This document shows positions 1 through 12,700 of a stretch of DNA of 64,000 bases, piece after piece. Under the pieces are notes generated by a model. The model was given only the letters and a program-made list of their open reading frames with translations. It had not been told where the DNA came from and searched no databases. The stretch covers positions 1-64,000 of the forward strand of contig CAUYUJ010000006.1 of assembly GCA_963575745.1 (NCBI GenBank). Reading direction: 5' to 3'. The translations under genes were made by a program, and so were the position numbers. Position 1 is the stretch's first letter. Every line of letters begins with the position of its first letter. The stretch comes from Prorocentrum cordatum (Eukaryota).

Positions 1-1002
1 AATTCCGGCGCGTCCCAGAGCTAGTTGGCAAGAAAAATCTCGACGGACCTTTTGGTGACTTTTGCTCGTTGAAAATTTTGTTCTCGAAATTTGACAATTC
101 GTTAGAGCTCTAGTATTTTTTCCCGTGATATTCGATCTTATTCCCGCTCGCCATCTTGATCTCAGCTCGATCGGGTGGATATTACTATCGAAAAGCTCCC
201 TGGCGGGATCGGCCGTTTTGAGTTATCTTCATACGCGCCGACGGTTTTCGGAACATAACTCGAGCTCTAGGGCAGCTACAGAGCTGATAAGCACAGCTAA
301 TGCATGCAGAGTGATCAGGCGCGTTCGCCTGTTGAACCCAGAGGTCTGAACTCGGTCTGTCAGCCGAGCTAGGTCCGCAAACCTGTTGGTATTATTCGAG
401 TCAACTTTATACGCGTTGTCGGTATTTTCTACTTAACTCGAGATTTACGGCAGCTACAGTGCTGGTAAGCACTCCTATCGCACTCAGAATGATCAGATGC
501 GTTCGCCTGTTGAATCCATAGATCTGAACTCGGTTTGCTAGTCGAGCTAGGTCCGCAAACCTATTCGTATTATTCGAGTCAACTTGATGTTCTCTACTTA
601 ACTCGAGCTGTAGGGCAGCTACAGTGCTGGTAAGCACACCTACCGCACTCAGAATTATCAGGCGTGTTCGCCTGTTCAATCCAGAGCTCTGAACTCGGTC
701 TCTTGCGCGATCCAGAATCACGAAACTGTTCGTATTCTTCTAGTCATCTTGAGAGCTACTGTCGGCGTTCTGCACTTAACTCGGGCTGGAGGGAGGCTGC
801 AGGGCGGATAATCACAGGAATCGATTCGGAGACATCAGACGCGTCCGTCTGTCGCATTCAGAGGTCTGAACTCGGTCTGATACTTGTGTTGGGCTAAAAA
901 ACTATTCGTTCTCTACAATGTCTTTCGACAGTATATGTTCTCAGGAAGCTCTACGAGTCCCCCGGCGGTAAGAAAGGTTGACGGTTTACCGCCGGCGCCC
1001 AG
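1..1002 (+). mobile_element. Family A element, 5' end outside the window
   Basis: A body with 178-bp repeats and the canonical A 3' hairpin ending at 1002. Confidence 0.8.
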
Positions 1003-4000
1003 TCGAAAAAATCGAACTTTAAGATTTTTAAAAAATCTAGTTTTTTAACTCTGTGTCGATTCTCTGCACTCTTACCAGTGAGAGGAGCTCTACGAGGTTC
1101 CCGGCGGTGACCAGGTTGACGGTTCACCGCCGGCGCCAGTTCGCAAGAAAAATCTCGACGGACCTTTTGGTGACTTTTGGTCGGTTGAAAATACCTCGTA
1201 GAGCTCTTCGGCATCGATGAGCTAGAGGAATTCGGTCGCGGGATGGAGCTAGTTAGTACCTCGTAGAGCTCTTCGGCATCGATGAGCTAGAGGAATTCCG
1301 GCGCGGGGTGGAGCTAGTGGCCCGACCCGGCCAGAAAGGACAAAGTTATAACTTTTGGGTGGTTTTTGCGAAAAATTGTAGAATATTTGACAATTCATTT
1401 TGAGGAAGCAGATTTTTCGCACCTGTAAACAAGTATGAGGTCCTCTGTCTTAATATGAGCTCTGTAGGCGCACTTTTACGTAAAACACTTGGCGCAAACC
1501 AACTTTATGTCGACATGGAAAAATCATGGTGTTTTCTTTTTTTCGAGAAATGCTTCCAGAAGCCTTCTCTACTTCGTGCTGAAGCACTCTTCGGCGTGGC
1601 TAGGAGCTCTACGAGGTTTCCCGGCGGTGACCCCAGTGTGAGGTTTACCGCCTCGGCACAGTTGATCGACACGGCCAGAAAGGAAAATCCGGCCAGAAAG
1701 GACAAAGTGGTAACTTTTGGGTGGTTTTGCAATTTTTTGAAAGATATTTGACAATTCATTTTGAGAAAGCAGATTTTTACTCCGAGCATTAAGATATAAA
1801 CTTCGTTCCCTGAGCAGCTCAGCTCTCTAGAGTGATTTTCAGTACCAGTTCACTTGGAGCAACCGACTTCATGTTGACTCCGAAAATTATCAACTTAATT
1901 TTTTCTGTAGAAAAGCTCCAGAAGCTCCCGCTTTGATGCTGAGCTTTCTCACGGATTCAAGGAGCTCTACGAGGTTCCCGGCGGTGACCAGGTTGACGGT
2001 TCACCGCCGGCGCCAGTTAGCCGACCCGACGAAAAGAGACAATGTGATAACTTTGAGTCGGTTTTCTGAACTTTTTGCAGAGTTTTGAAAGTCATTTTAA
2101 GAAAAAAGATTTTTGAGCGGTGAATAACAATATAAATTGAATTCTGAGAGCAGAAGGAGTCTGTAGCCCAGGTATTACTATCGGAAAATTTCCAGGAACA
2201 AACCATGTACCACCACTTTTGCAGATGACGGTGGTTTCGTCAACTTAACTTGAGCTGTAGGCAGGCTATGGATGTCTCTCGCACACGAGGCGACCCTGAA
2301 TGATCTGACGCATTCCAGTGGAAGCGCGAGGGTCTTCAAAAATAGTTGCCTCAGGAGATATGGGCGGAACACCGTCTCTACGTGTGTCGAAAAATCTCAA
2401 GTTTTCGATTCTGTGTCGATTCTCTGCACTCTTACCAGTGAGAGGAGCTCTACGAGGTTCCCGGCGGTGACTAGGTTGACGGTTCACCGCCGGCGCCAGT
2501 ATCGTAAACGGCGTCCCGCAAGCGTATACCTCGTAGAGCTCTTCGGCATCGATGAGCTAGAGGAATTCCGGCGCGGGGTGGAGCTAGTTCCTCGTAGAGC
2601 TCTTCGACGAGATGAGCTAAGAGGAATTCGGGCGCAGGGTGGAGCTAGTTGGCCGACCCGACCAAAAGAGACAATGTGGTAACCTGGGGTCGGTTTTTGA
2701 AACATTGTGCAAGATTTGACAATTCGTTTTCATAAGTTGGATTTTTCCTACCTACAATAAGCTATGGCGCATCTGCTGGTAAAATTTTCAGGGCTCTAGA
2801 AGCAATATTACTATCAAAAGACTTGCGGGAACCGACTTTGCCTGCAGTGCAGTTTGGCAGGTGACGGTGGTTGGCTTTACTTAACTCGAGCTGTCAGCAA
2901 GCTGCAGACCTCTCACGCACACCAGTCGATGCAGAATGATCTGGCGCGTCACACTGGAAGCTCGAGAGTTCCTAGAAATGGCAGAGTCAGGAGTTATGCT
3001 CGAAATACTGTCTCTATGTATGCGTGTTGCGAACGGTGTTTCGATGATAACTCGAGCTGAGTGCATGCTATGCATTCCAGGTACATTCCAATCGAAGTAG
3101 CGACATGCGAGACATCGAATGGGAGCCTCGAGAGTGCCCAAATTGATTAGAATTTTCAAAATTAATGAAAAATATCGATTTGTACAATTTTACATTTTTT
3201 GTGTCGGATGATTTTTTCTAATTTATATCGATCTATGGGTGACCTAGAGAGTTCTGGTGCATTTTTGTCGACGCAGAATGGTCTCGCGCTCTCACGGAGA
3301 GCGCGAGACTTCATATGAATAGCTTCGCTGGGAGTGAGAACTTTGGTCCAGCCGGCCGAGGCGGACAATGTGACAACTTTTGGTTGGTTTTGCAATTTTT
3401 TGAAAGATATTTGACAATTCATTTTGAAAAAGCAGATTTTTACTCCGAGCATTGAGATATAAACTTCGTTCCCTGATCAGCTCGGCCATCTAGAGTCATT
3501 TTCAGTACCAGTTCACTTGAAGGAATCGACTTCATGTTGACTCCGAAAAAATCTCAACTTGAAGTTTTTGTAGAAAAGCTCCCAGAAGCTCCCGCTTTGA
3601 TGCTGAGCTTTCTCACGAATTCAAGGAGCTCTACGAGGTTCCCGGCGGTGACCAGGTTGACGGTTCACCGCCGGCGCCAGTTGTTGTTCGTTTTCAAAAA
3701 ACGGATTTTTCTCACATACAGTAAGCTATGGCGCACCTGCTGGTAAAATTTTCAGGGCTCTAGGGGGCAATATTACTGTCAAAAGACTTGCAGGAACCGA
3801 CTTTGCCTGCAGTGCAGTTTGGCAGGTGACGGTAGTTGGCTTTACTTAACTCGAGCTGTCAGCAAGCTACAGACCTCTCACGCACACCAGTCGATGCAGA
3901 ATGATCTGGCGCGTCACACTGGAAGCTCGAGAGTTCCTAGAAATGGCTGAGTCAGGAGTTATGCTCGAAATACCGTCTCTATGTATGCGTGTTGCGAACG

Positions 4001-4596
4001 GTGTTTCGATTTTCGATGATGACTCGAGCTGAGTGCATGCTATGCATGCCAGGTACATTCCAATCGAAGTAGCGACATGCGAGACATCGAATGGGAGCCT
4101 CAAGAGTGCCCAAATTGATTAGAATTTTCAAAATCAATGAAAAATATCGATTTGTACAATTTTGTATTTTTTGTGTCGGATGATTTTTTTTCTAATTTAT
4201 ATCGATCTATGGGTGACCTAGGGAGTTCTGGTGCATGTTTGTCGACGCAGAATGGTCTCGCGCGTCGACCCGACCAGAAAGGACAATGTGACAACTTTTG
4301 GGTAGTTTTGCGAATATTTGAAAGATATTTGACAATTTATTTTGAGAAATCAGATTTTTACGCCGAGCATTGGCATATAAACGTTGTTCTCTGAGCAGCT
4401 CAGCTCTCTAGAGCCAGTTTTGGTATTAGTTGACTTCCGGGAACCGACTTTATCTTTACTCAAAAAATCTCAATTTGACGTTTTTTTTAGAAAAGCTGAC
4501 AGAAGCTCTCCGCTTCGATCCTAAGCTTTCTTACGGGTACAAGGAGCTCTACGAGGTTCCCGGCGGTGACCAGGTTGACGGTTCACCGCCGGCGCC
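1003..4596 (+). mobile_element. Run of nested and fragmented family B elements, including long variants
   Basis: B 5' motifs at 1192, 1257 and about 2526. B 3' ends at 1139, about 1661 (degenerate), 2016, 2499, 3680 and 4596. About 2740-3280 and 3700-4260 are near-duplicate long bodies. Confidence 0.7.
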
Positions 4597-5766
4597 ATTC
4601 CGGAGCGCTGGAGAGCTAGTTGGCAAGAAAAATCTCGACGGACCTTTTCCTGACTTTTGGTCGGTTGAAAATTTGGTTCTCAAAATTTAACCATTCGTTA
4701 GAGCTCTAGTATTTTTTCCCATGATATTCGATCTTATTCCCGCTCGCCATCTTGATCTCAGCTCGATTGGGTAACTTTGAAGGCCAAAAAGCACACGGGC
4801 GGGAACGGCCGTTTCGAGTCATCTTGATACGCGCTGTCGGTTTTCTCAAGATAACTCGAGCTTGAGGACACCTACAGAGCTGGTCAGCACAGCTAATGCG
4901 TTCAGAATGATCAGGCGCGTTCGCCTGTTGAATCCAGAGGTCTGAACTCGGTCTGCTAGCCGAGCTAGGGTCAGAAACCTATTCGTATTATTCGAGTCAT
5001 TGTAGCATACACTCTCGGTTTTTCGTACTTCGCTCTATCTGTAGGGCAGCCACAGGGCTGATAATCACAGAAATCGATTGAGAATGATCAGGCGCGTTCG
5101 TCTGTTGAACCAAGAGCTCTGAACTTGGCCTGCTCCTCGAGCTAGGTTCGCGAACCCATTGGTATTGTTCGAGTCATCTCGAGACATGCTCTCGGTTTTC
5201 TGTACTCAAATCGTGCTGGGGGAGGGCTACAGTGCTGCTGGTCACAGGAATCGATTCCGAGACATCAGGCGCGTCCGTTCGTCGAACCGAGAGCTCGGAA
5301 CTCGGTCTGCTGCTCGAACGAGATCCGCGAAACTGTTGTATTATTCGAGTCATCCTGAGACTCTCGGTTTTCTGCACTTAATAACTCAGGCTGTATGGGG
5401 GCTGCAGAGCTGGTAATCACAGGAATCGATCCGCAGACATCAGACGCGTCCGCCTGTCGCATTCAGAGGTCTGAACTCGGTTTCATACTCGAGCTCGATT
5501 CAAAAACTGTTTATTCGTTTTGTTAGAGTCATCTTTGAGATGTCTATGATCGCTTGGGATGAAAAACTAGTCGTTCGCTGAAATTCTTTTCCACATTATA
5601 TATTGTCAGGAAGCTCTACGAGTCCCCCGGCGGTAAGAAAGGTTGACGGTTTACCGCCGGCGCCCAGTAATTCCGGGGAGCTGGAGAGCTAGTTGGCAAG
5701 AAAAATACCTCGTAGAGCTCTTCGTCATCGATGAGCTAGAGGAATTCCGGCGCAGGGTGGAGCTAG

Positions 5767-7053
5767 TAACTCGTAGAGCTTCCCTTAGCAAGTTATTGCT
5801 GGAAGCTTAAGAGTAATTCCGGGGAGCTGGAGAGCTAGTTGGCAAGAAAAATCTCGACGGACCTTTTGGTGACTTTTGGTCGGTTGAAAATTTTGTTCTC
5901 GAAATTTGACAATTCGTTAGAGCTCTAGTATTTTTTCTCATGATATTCGAACTTATTCCCGCTCGCCATCTTGATCTGAGCTCGATCGGGTAACTTTGAA
6001 GGCCAAAAAGCACACGGGCGGGAACGGCCGTTTCGAGTCATCTTGATACGCGTTGTCGGTATTTTGTACTTAACTCGAGCTGTAGGGCAGCTACAGTGCT
6101 GGTAAGCACAGCCATCGCACTCAGAATCATCAGGCGCGTTCGCCTGTTGAATCCATAGGTCTGAACTCGGTCTGCTAGCCGAGCTAGGTCCGGAAACCTA
6201 TTCGTATTTTTCGAGTCAACTTGATACGTGTTGTTGGATTTCTCTACTCAACTCGAGCTGTAGGGCAGCTACAGTGCTGGTAAGCACACCTATCGCACTC
6301 AGAATCATCACGCGCGTTCGCCTGTTGAATCCAGAGGTCTGAACTCGGTCTGCTAGCCCAGCTAGGTCCGCAAACCTATTCGTATTATTCGAGTCATCTT
6401 GGCAGACGCTCTCGATTTTCTGTACTTAACTCGAGCTGTAGGGCAGCTACAGGGCTCATTGTCACAGACATCGATGGGGAACCATGAGTCGCGTTCGTCT
6501 ACTGAACCGAGAGCTCTGAACTCGGTCTGCTGCACGAGTTAGGTTCGCGAAACTATTCGTATTGTCCGAGTCATCTTGAGAAGTGCTCTCGGTTTTCTGT
6601 ACTTAACTCGTGTTTGGGGCCGGCTACAGTGCTGCGAGTCAGACATATCGATTTGAACACATGAGGCGCGTTTGTCGGTCGATTCCAGAGCTCGGAACTC
6701 GGTCTGCTGCTCGAACTAGGTCCGCAAAACTATTCTATTATTCGAGTCGGTTCTGTCGGTTTTCTGCACTTAACTCGAGCTGTAGGGGGGCTGCAGGGCT
6801 GGGAATCACATGAGTGGATTCGCAGACATCAGACGCGGCCGCCTGTCGCATTCAGAGGTCTGAACTCGGTTTGATACTCGAACTGGGTTGCGAAACCGGG
6901 TGGTTTTTGTTAGCGTTATCTTGAGAGGTCTATAATCGCTTGGGCTGAAAAACTAGTCGTTCTTTGGAGTTTTTTCCAACACTTTATATTTTCAGGAAGC
7001 TCTACGAGTCCCCCGGCGGTAAGAAAGGTTGACGGTTTACCGCCGGCGCCCAG
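5767..7053 (+). mobile_element. Intact family A element (1287 bp) nested in a family B element
   Basis: Begins TAACTCGTAGAGCTTCC and ends CGCCCAG. Flanks GGAGCTAG | TTGGCCGACC rejoin the B consensus with no duplication. Repeat units at about 6043, 6221, 6399 and 6576. Confidence 0.85.
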
Positions 7054-8476
7054 TTGGCCGACCCGGCCAGAACGGACAAAGTGATAACTTTTGGGTGGTT
7101 TTGCAATTTTTTCAAAGATATTTGACCATTTATTTTGAGAAAGCAGATTTTTACGCCGAGCATTGGAATATAAATTCCTCTCTGACCAAAGCTCAGCTCT
7201 CTCGATGCATTTTTGCACGAGCTGACTTCCGGGAACTGAGCGAATATGAACATCAAAAAAATCCAATTTGAAGATTTTCGAAAAATATTTATTTTTCCAC
7301 TCTGGGTCGATTCTCTTCACTCTTATCAGTGAAAAGAGCTCTACGAGGTTCCCGGCGGTGACTAGGTTGACGGTTCACCGCCGGCGCCAGTTGGCAAGAA
7401 AAATCTCGACGGACCTTTTGGTGACTTTTGGTCGGTTGATAATTTTGTTCTCGAAATTCAACAATTCGTTTGAGCTCTAGTATTTTTCTCTAGTATTTCT
7501 TTCCCATGATATTCGATTCTCATTCCCGCTCGCCATCTGATCCATCTCGGATCGGGTTAACTTTGAAGGCAAAAAGCAGGGGGGCAAAAGCAGGGGGACG
7601 GGAACGGCCGTTTGGCGGGAACGGCCGTTTCGAGTCATCTTGGTACGCGCTGTCGGTTTTCTCAAGATAACTCGAGCTTCAGGACACTACAGAGCTGGTC
7701 AGCACAGCTAATGCATTCAGAATGATCAGGCGCGTCCGCCTGTTGAATCCAGAGGTCTGAACTCGGTCTGCTAGCCGAGCTAGGGTCGCAAACCTATTCG
7801 TATTATTCGAGTCATTGTAGCAGACGCTCTCGGTTTTTTGTACTTAACTCGATCTATAGGGCAGCCACAGAGCTCATACTAACAGAAATCGATTGAGACT
7901 TATCAGGCGCGTTCGTCTGTTGCATCAAGAGCTCTGAAATCGGCCTTCTCTCCGAGCTAGGTTCGCGAAACCTATGGTAAATATAACTAATTTTTCGAGT
8001 ATCAATCTGGAGAAGTGCTCTTCGGTTCTTGCTGTAAACTGAATCGTCTGGGGGGGAGGGCCACAGTGGCTTGCTGGTCAAAGGAATCGATTTTCGAGAC
8101 ACCAGTGCGCGTCCGTTCGTTTCGGACCGAGAGCTCGGAACTCGGTCTGCTGCTCGAACGAGATTCCTGCGAAACTTGTTTGTATTTTATTTCGAGATCC
8201 CTAAAAGCTACCTCGGTTTCTGCAATTAACTCTCCCTTGGCTGTATGGGGGGCTGCAGAGCTGGTAATCACAGGAATCGATCCGCAGACATCAGACGCGT
8301 CCGCCTGTCGCATTCAGAGGTCTGAACTCGGTTTCATACTCGAGATCGATTGGAAAACTGTTCGTTTGTTTTGTTAGAGTCATCTTGAGAGGTCTATAAT
8401 CGCTTGGGCTGGAAAACTAGTCGTTCTCTGAAATTCTTTTCCACATTATATGTTGTCAGGAAGCTCTACGAGTCCC

Positions 8477-9712
8477 TCTGATAGGGCCTCTTCTTCTCGA
8501 GATGTTGAAGTTCCCTGTGAGCGGGGGGGGCCTAGGGATTCCCCCAGGCCCCCCCCGAAACGTCGGAGGGTGGCTGTTCCTGGACCTGGACAACAGACGG
8601 TGTATCCTCGTGCGCATCGTGACGCACGCCGGCTTCTGATGTGCTGTACCCCGAGGTGGGAGGAGAAAAGGACACTGGAGTCAAAATATTGGCGTTCACA
8701 GGGGAAGTGGAAGGAGGCCTCGAAACTGACACGATTAGGCAGTACTAAGGGGCAGGCGACGGGTGAACATCCTTGGTGTTTCATGTTCCAGACGATATTT
8801 CCCTCGTATGTGAATCTGGAGGATCGGTGGTGGAGGGCGTGCTCTTTCTCTTACTCTGACTTCGTTCAGTATTGCAGGCAGTTCCTGGAAGCTTGTACTT
8901 TGGGGTCTCTGTTTGACTTGTTTGTTGTCCGTGGAGGAACTGGAGGGAAAGGAGACTACATAAAGGAGAGGGGGGAGGAGATGTTGGCTCGTCCGTTGTC
9001 GGCGAAGGAGTCCGAGAAGCTGGCCCAGAGATTGGCCTCGAACAATGAACAGGAGCCGACTTGGGATCTGAGTGATGATGGGATCGGTCTCGAGCTGACG
9101 GGCGATTCGCTTCTTATCTTTAACTGGATCAATGGTCTCTGGAAGGTTGAGGGAGGAGAAGGAGGAGATGGGGCTTCTTATCGTAGGCGGGTGGCAAATA
9201 TTATTTCTCTTTTGGAAGAGTTGGAGGAGGACGGAATACGACCCCCCTCATGGGGCAACGACTTCATTCGACACATATATCGAGAGAGTAACACAGTAGC
9301 TGATGAACTTACCCACTTAGCACGGGAAGGCCAGATATTCAGAGAGCTGTTCCACCACCATATCTTTCGTTCTGATGTCCGAGACAACTTTCGAGTTATT
9401 GGCCTCCGCGGATCCTTCGACGGCGGAGTGTGCGCCCAAGGTGTGGGCGTTGGCTGGTTTCTGCAGATTGGATATATTCCTCGATTCCATGACCCTTACC
9501 CTGACCCTGAGCATAGAGATAAGAGAGCTCGTGTAGTCTCCCTCTTCCCCCAAGCCTCCTCTCCTTGTCCAATCATATGGGAAATAGTAGGGCGTTGTGC
9601 ACAGGCACTCCCCTCCCATAGCAGTATCACTGACGCTGAGCTTTCGGGTCTCGAGGGCCTCTTGCGGGCCGCAGCCCAGGTGGCCCAAGACCTCCAGCTG
9701 CAGAGAGACTAG
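8477..9712 (+). CDS. C-terminal fragment of a retrotransposon polyprotein with a circularly permuted RNase H-like domain
   Basis: Open frame with LELTGDSLLIFNW (9101), HIYRESNTVADELT (9272), GSFDGGV..GVGW (9416) and ITDAELSGL (9635). Collinear with the C-terminus of the 25466-27929 ORF. The listed start at 8450 lies in host sequence. Confidence 0.75.
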   Translation, partial: SDRASSSRDVEVPCERGGPRDSPRPPPKRRRVAVPGPGQQTVYPRAHRDARRLLMCCTPRWEEKRTLESKYWRSQGKWKEASKLTRLGSTKGQATGEHPWCFMFQTIFPSYVNLEDRWWRACSFSYSDFVQYCRQFLEACTLGSLFDLFVVRGGTGGKGDYIKERGEEMLARPLSAKESEKLAQRLASNNEQEPTWDLSDDGIGLELTGDSLLIFNWINGLWKVEGGEGGDGASYRRRVANIISLLEELEEDGIRPPSWGNDFIRHIYRESNTVADELTHLAREGQIFRELFHHHIFRSDVRDNFRVIGLRGSFDGGVCAQGVGVGWFLQIGYIPRFHDPYPDPEHRDKRARVVSLFPQASSPCPIIWEIVGRCAQALPSHSSITDAELSGLEGLLRAAAQVAQDLQLQRD

Positions 9713-9769
9713 GTAGGCACTTAACGGGCGCTGGGGCGCTCGGTGCCTGGTCAGCCTCCCCAAAAAAAA
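8477..9769 (+). mobile_element. 5'-truncated non-LTR retrotransposon inserted in the 3' hairpin of a family A element
   Basis: Interrupts GAGTCCC[CCGGCGGT]AACAAAGGTTGAC. Ends in a short stem-loop UTR and an A8 tract (9762-9769). The left hairpin arm is lost at the 5' junction, so there is no TSD. Confidence 0.8.
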
Positions 9770-9799
9770 CAAAGGTTGACGGCTACCGCCGGCGCCCAG

Positions 9800-12700
9800 T
9801 TGGCAAGAAAAATCTCGACGGACCTTTTGGTGACTTTTGTCGGTTGAAAATTTTTGTTCTCGAAATTTGACCATTCGTTAGAGCTCTAGTATTTTTCCCA
9901 TGATATTCGATCTTATTCCCGCTCGCCATCGTGATCTTCAGCTCGATTCGGGTAACTTTGAAGGCCAAAAAGCGCACGGCGGGAACGGCCGTTTCGAGTC
10001 ATCTTGATACGCGCTATCGGTATTTCGTACTTAACTCGAGCTGTAGGGCAGCTACAGAGCTGGTGAGCACAGCTATCGCACTCAGAATTATCGCGCGCGT
10101 TCGCCTGTTGAAACCAGAGGTCTGAACTCGGTCTGCCAGCCGAGCTAGGTTCGCAAACCTATTTGTATTATTCGAGTCATCTTGATAGACACTCTCGGTT
10201 TTCTGTACTTAACTCGAGCTTTAGGGCAGCTACAGTGCTTGTAAGCACAGCTATCGCTCTCAGAATCATCACGCGCGTTCGTCTGTTGAATCCAGAGGTC
10301 TGAACTCGTCTGCTAGCCGAGCTAGGTCCGCAAACTCATCAGTATTATTGGAGTGATCTTGATAAACGCTCTCGGTTTTCTGTACTTAACTCGAGCTGTA
10401 GGGCAGCTACAGGGCTCATTGTGACAGACATCGCTGGGGAATTATCAGTCGCGTTCGTCTATCGTACCGAGAGCTCTGAACTCGGCCTGCTGCCCGAGCT
10501 AGGTTCGCGAAGCTGTTCGTATTGTCCGAATGATCTTGAGACATGCTCTCAATTTTCTGCACTCAACTCGTGCTGGGGAAGGGCTACAGTGCTGCAGGTC
10601 GCATGTATCGATTTGCACACATCAGGCACGTCTTTCGGTCGATTCCAGAGCTCGGAACTCGGTCTGCTGCTCGAACTAGGTTCGCAAAACTATTATATTA
10701 TTCGAATCGATACTGTCGGTTTTCTGCACTTAACTCGGGCTGTAGGGGGGCTTCAGTGCTGGGAATCACATGAGTGGATTCGCAGACATCAGACGCGCCC
10801 GCCTGTCGCATTCAGAGGTCTCAACTCGGTTGATACTCGAACTGGGTTGCGAAACTGTTCGTTTTTTGTTAGCGTCATCTTGAGAGGTCTGAAATCGCTT
10901 GGGGCTTAAAAAATAGTCGTTCTTTCGAGTTTTTTTCCACAGTATATATTGTCAGGAAGCTCTACGAGTCTCCCGGCGGTAAGAAAGGTTGACGGTTTAC
11001 CGCCGGCGCCCAGTTAGCCGACCTGACGAAAAGAGACAAGTGATAACTTAACTCGTAGAGAAGCTCTACTTAGCAAGTTACTGCGGTGTTGAAGCCCAGT
11101 TGGCAAGAAAAAGACGGTAATGAAAATAACTCGTAGAGGAGCTGGAGAGCTAAGAGTTCCGGCGCGCTGGAGAGCTATTGGCAAGAAAAATCTCGACGGA
11201 CCTTTTGCTGACTTTTGGTCGGTTGAAAATTTGTTCTCGAAATTTGACCATTCGTTAGAGCTCTAGTATTTTTTCCCATGATATTCGATCTTATTCCCGC
11301 TCGCCATCTTGATCTCAGCTCGATCGGGTAACTTTGAAGGCCAAAAAGCGCACGGGCGGGAACGGCCGGTTCGAGTCATCTTGATACGCGCTATCGGTAT
11401 TTTGTACTTAACTCGAGCTGTAGGGCAGCTACAGAGCTGGTGAGCACAGCTATCGCACTCAGAATCATCAGGCGCGTTCGCCTGTTGAATCCAGAGGTCT
11501 GAACTCGGTCTGCCAGCCGAGCTAGGTTCGCAAACCTATTTGTATTATTCGAGTCATCTTGATAGACACTCTCGGTTTTCTGTACTTAACTCGAGCTTTG
11601 GGGCAGCTACAGTGCTTGTAAGCACAGCTATCGCACTCAGAATCATCACGCGCGTTCGTCTGTTGAATCCAGAGGTCTGAACTCGGCCTGCTAGCCGAGC
11701 TAGGTCCGCAAACCTATCAGTATTATTGGAGTGATCTTGATAGACGCTCTCGGTTTTCTGTACTTAACTCGAGCTGTAGGGCAGCTACAGGGCTCATTGT
11801 GACAGACATCGCTGGGGAATTATCAGTCGCGTTCGTCTATCGTACCGAGAGCTCTGAACTCGGCCTGCTGCCCGAGCTAGGTTCGCGAAACTGTTCGTAT
11901 TGTCCGAATGATCTTGTGACATGCTCTCAATTTTCCTGCACTCAACTCGTGCTGGGGAAGGGCTACAGTGCTGCAGGTCACATATATCGATTTGCACACA
12001 TCAGGCGCGTCTTTCGGTCGATTCCAGAGCTCGGAACTCGGTCTGCTGCTCGAACTAGGTTCGCAAAACTATTATATTATTCGAATCGATACTGTCGGTT
12101 TTCTGCACTTAACTCGGGCTGTAGGGGGGCTTCAGTGCTGGGAATCACATGGATTCGCAGACATCAGACGCGCCCGCCTGTCGCATTCAGAGGTCTCAAC
12201 TCGGTTTGATACTCGAACTGGGTTGCGAAACTGTTCGTTTTTTGTTAGCGTCATCTTGAGAGGTCTGAAATCGCTTGGGCTTAAAAAATAGTCGTTCTTT
12301 CGAGTTTTTTTCCACAGTATATATTGTCAGGAAGCTCTACGAGTCCCCCGGCGGTAAGAAAGGTTGACGGTTTACCGCCGGCGCCCAGTTTCGTTCTCGA
12401 AATTTGACCATTCGTTAGAGCTCTAGTATTTTTTCCCGTGATATTCGATCTTATTTCCGCTCGCCATCTTGATCTCAGCTCGATCGGGTAACTTTGAAGG
12501 CCAAAAAGCGCACGGGCGGGAACGGCCGGTTCGAGTCATCTTGATACGCGCTATCGGTATTTCGTACTTAAACTCGAGCTGTAGGGCAGCTACAGAGCTG
12601 GTGAGCACAGCTATCGCACTCAGAATTATCACGCGCGTTCGCCTGTTGAATCCAGAGGTCTGAACTCGGTCTGCCAGCCGAGCTAGGTTCGCAAACCTAT

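Noticed and set aside
7480..8240. Distinct A subfamily with many small indels
   Set aside because: The scattered 1-bp indels look like long-read consensus error.
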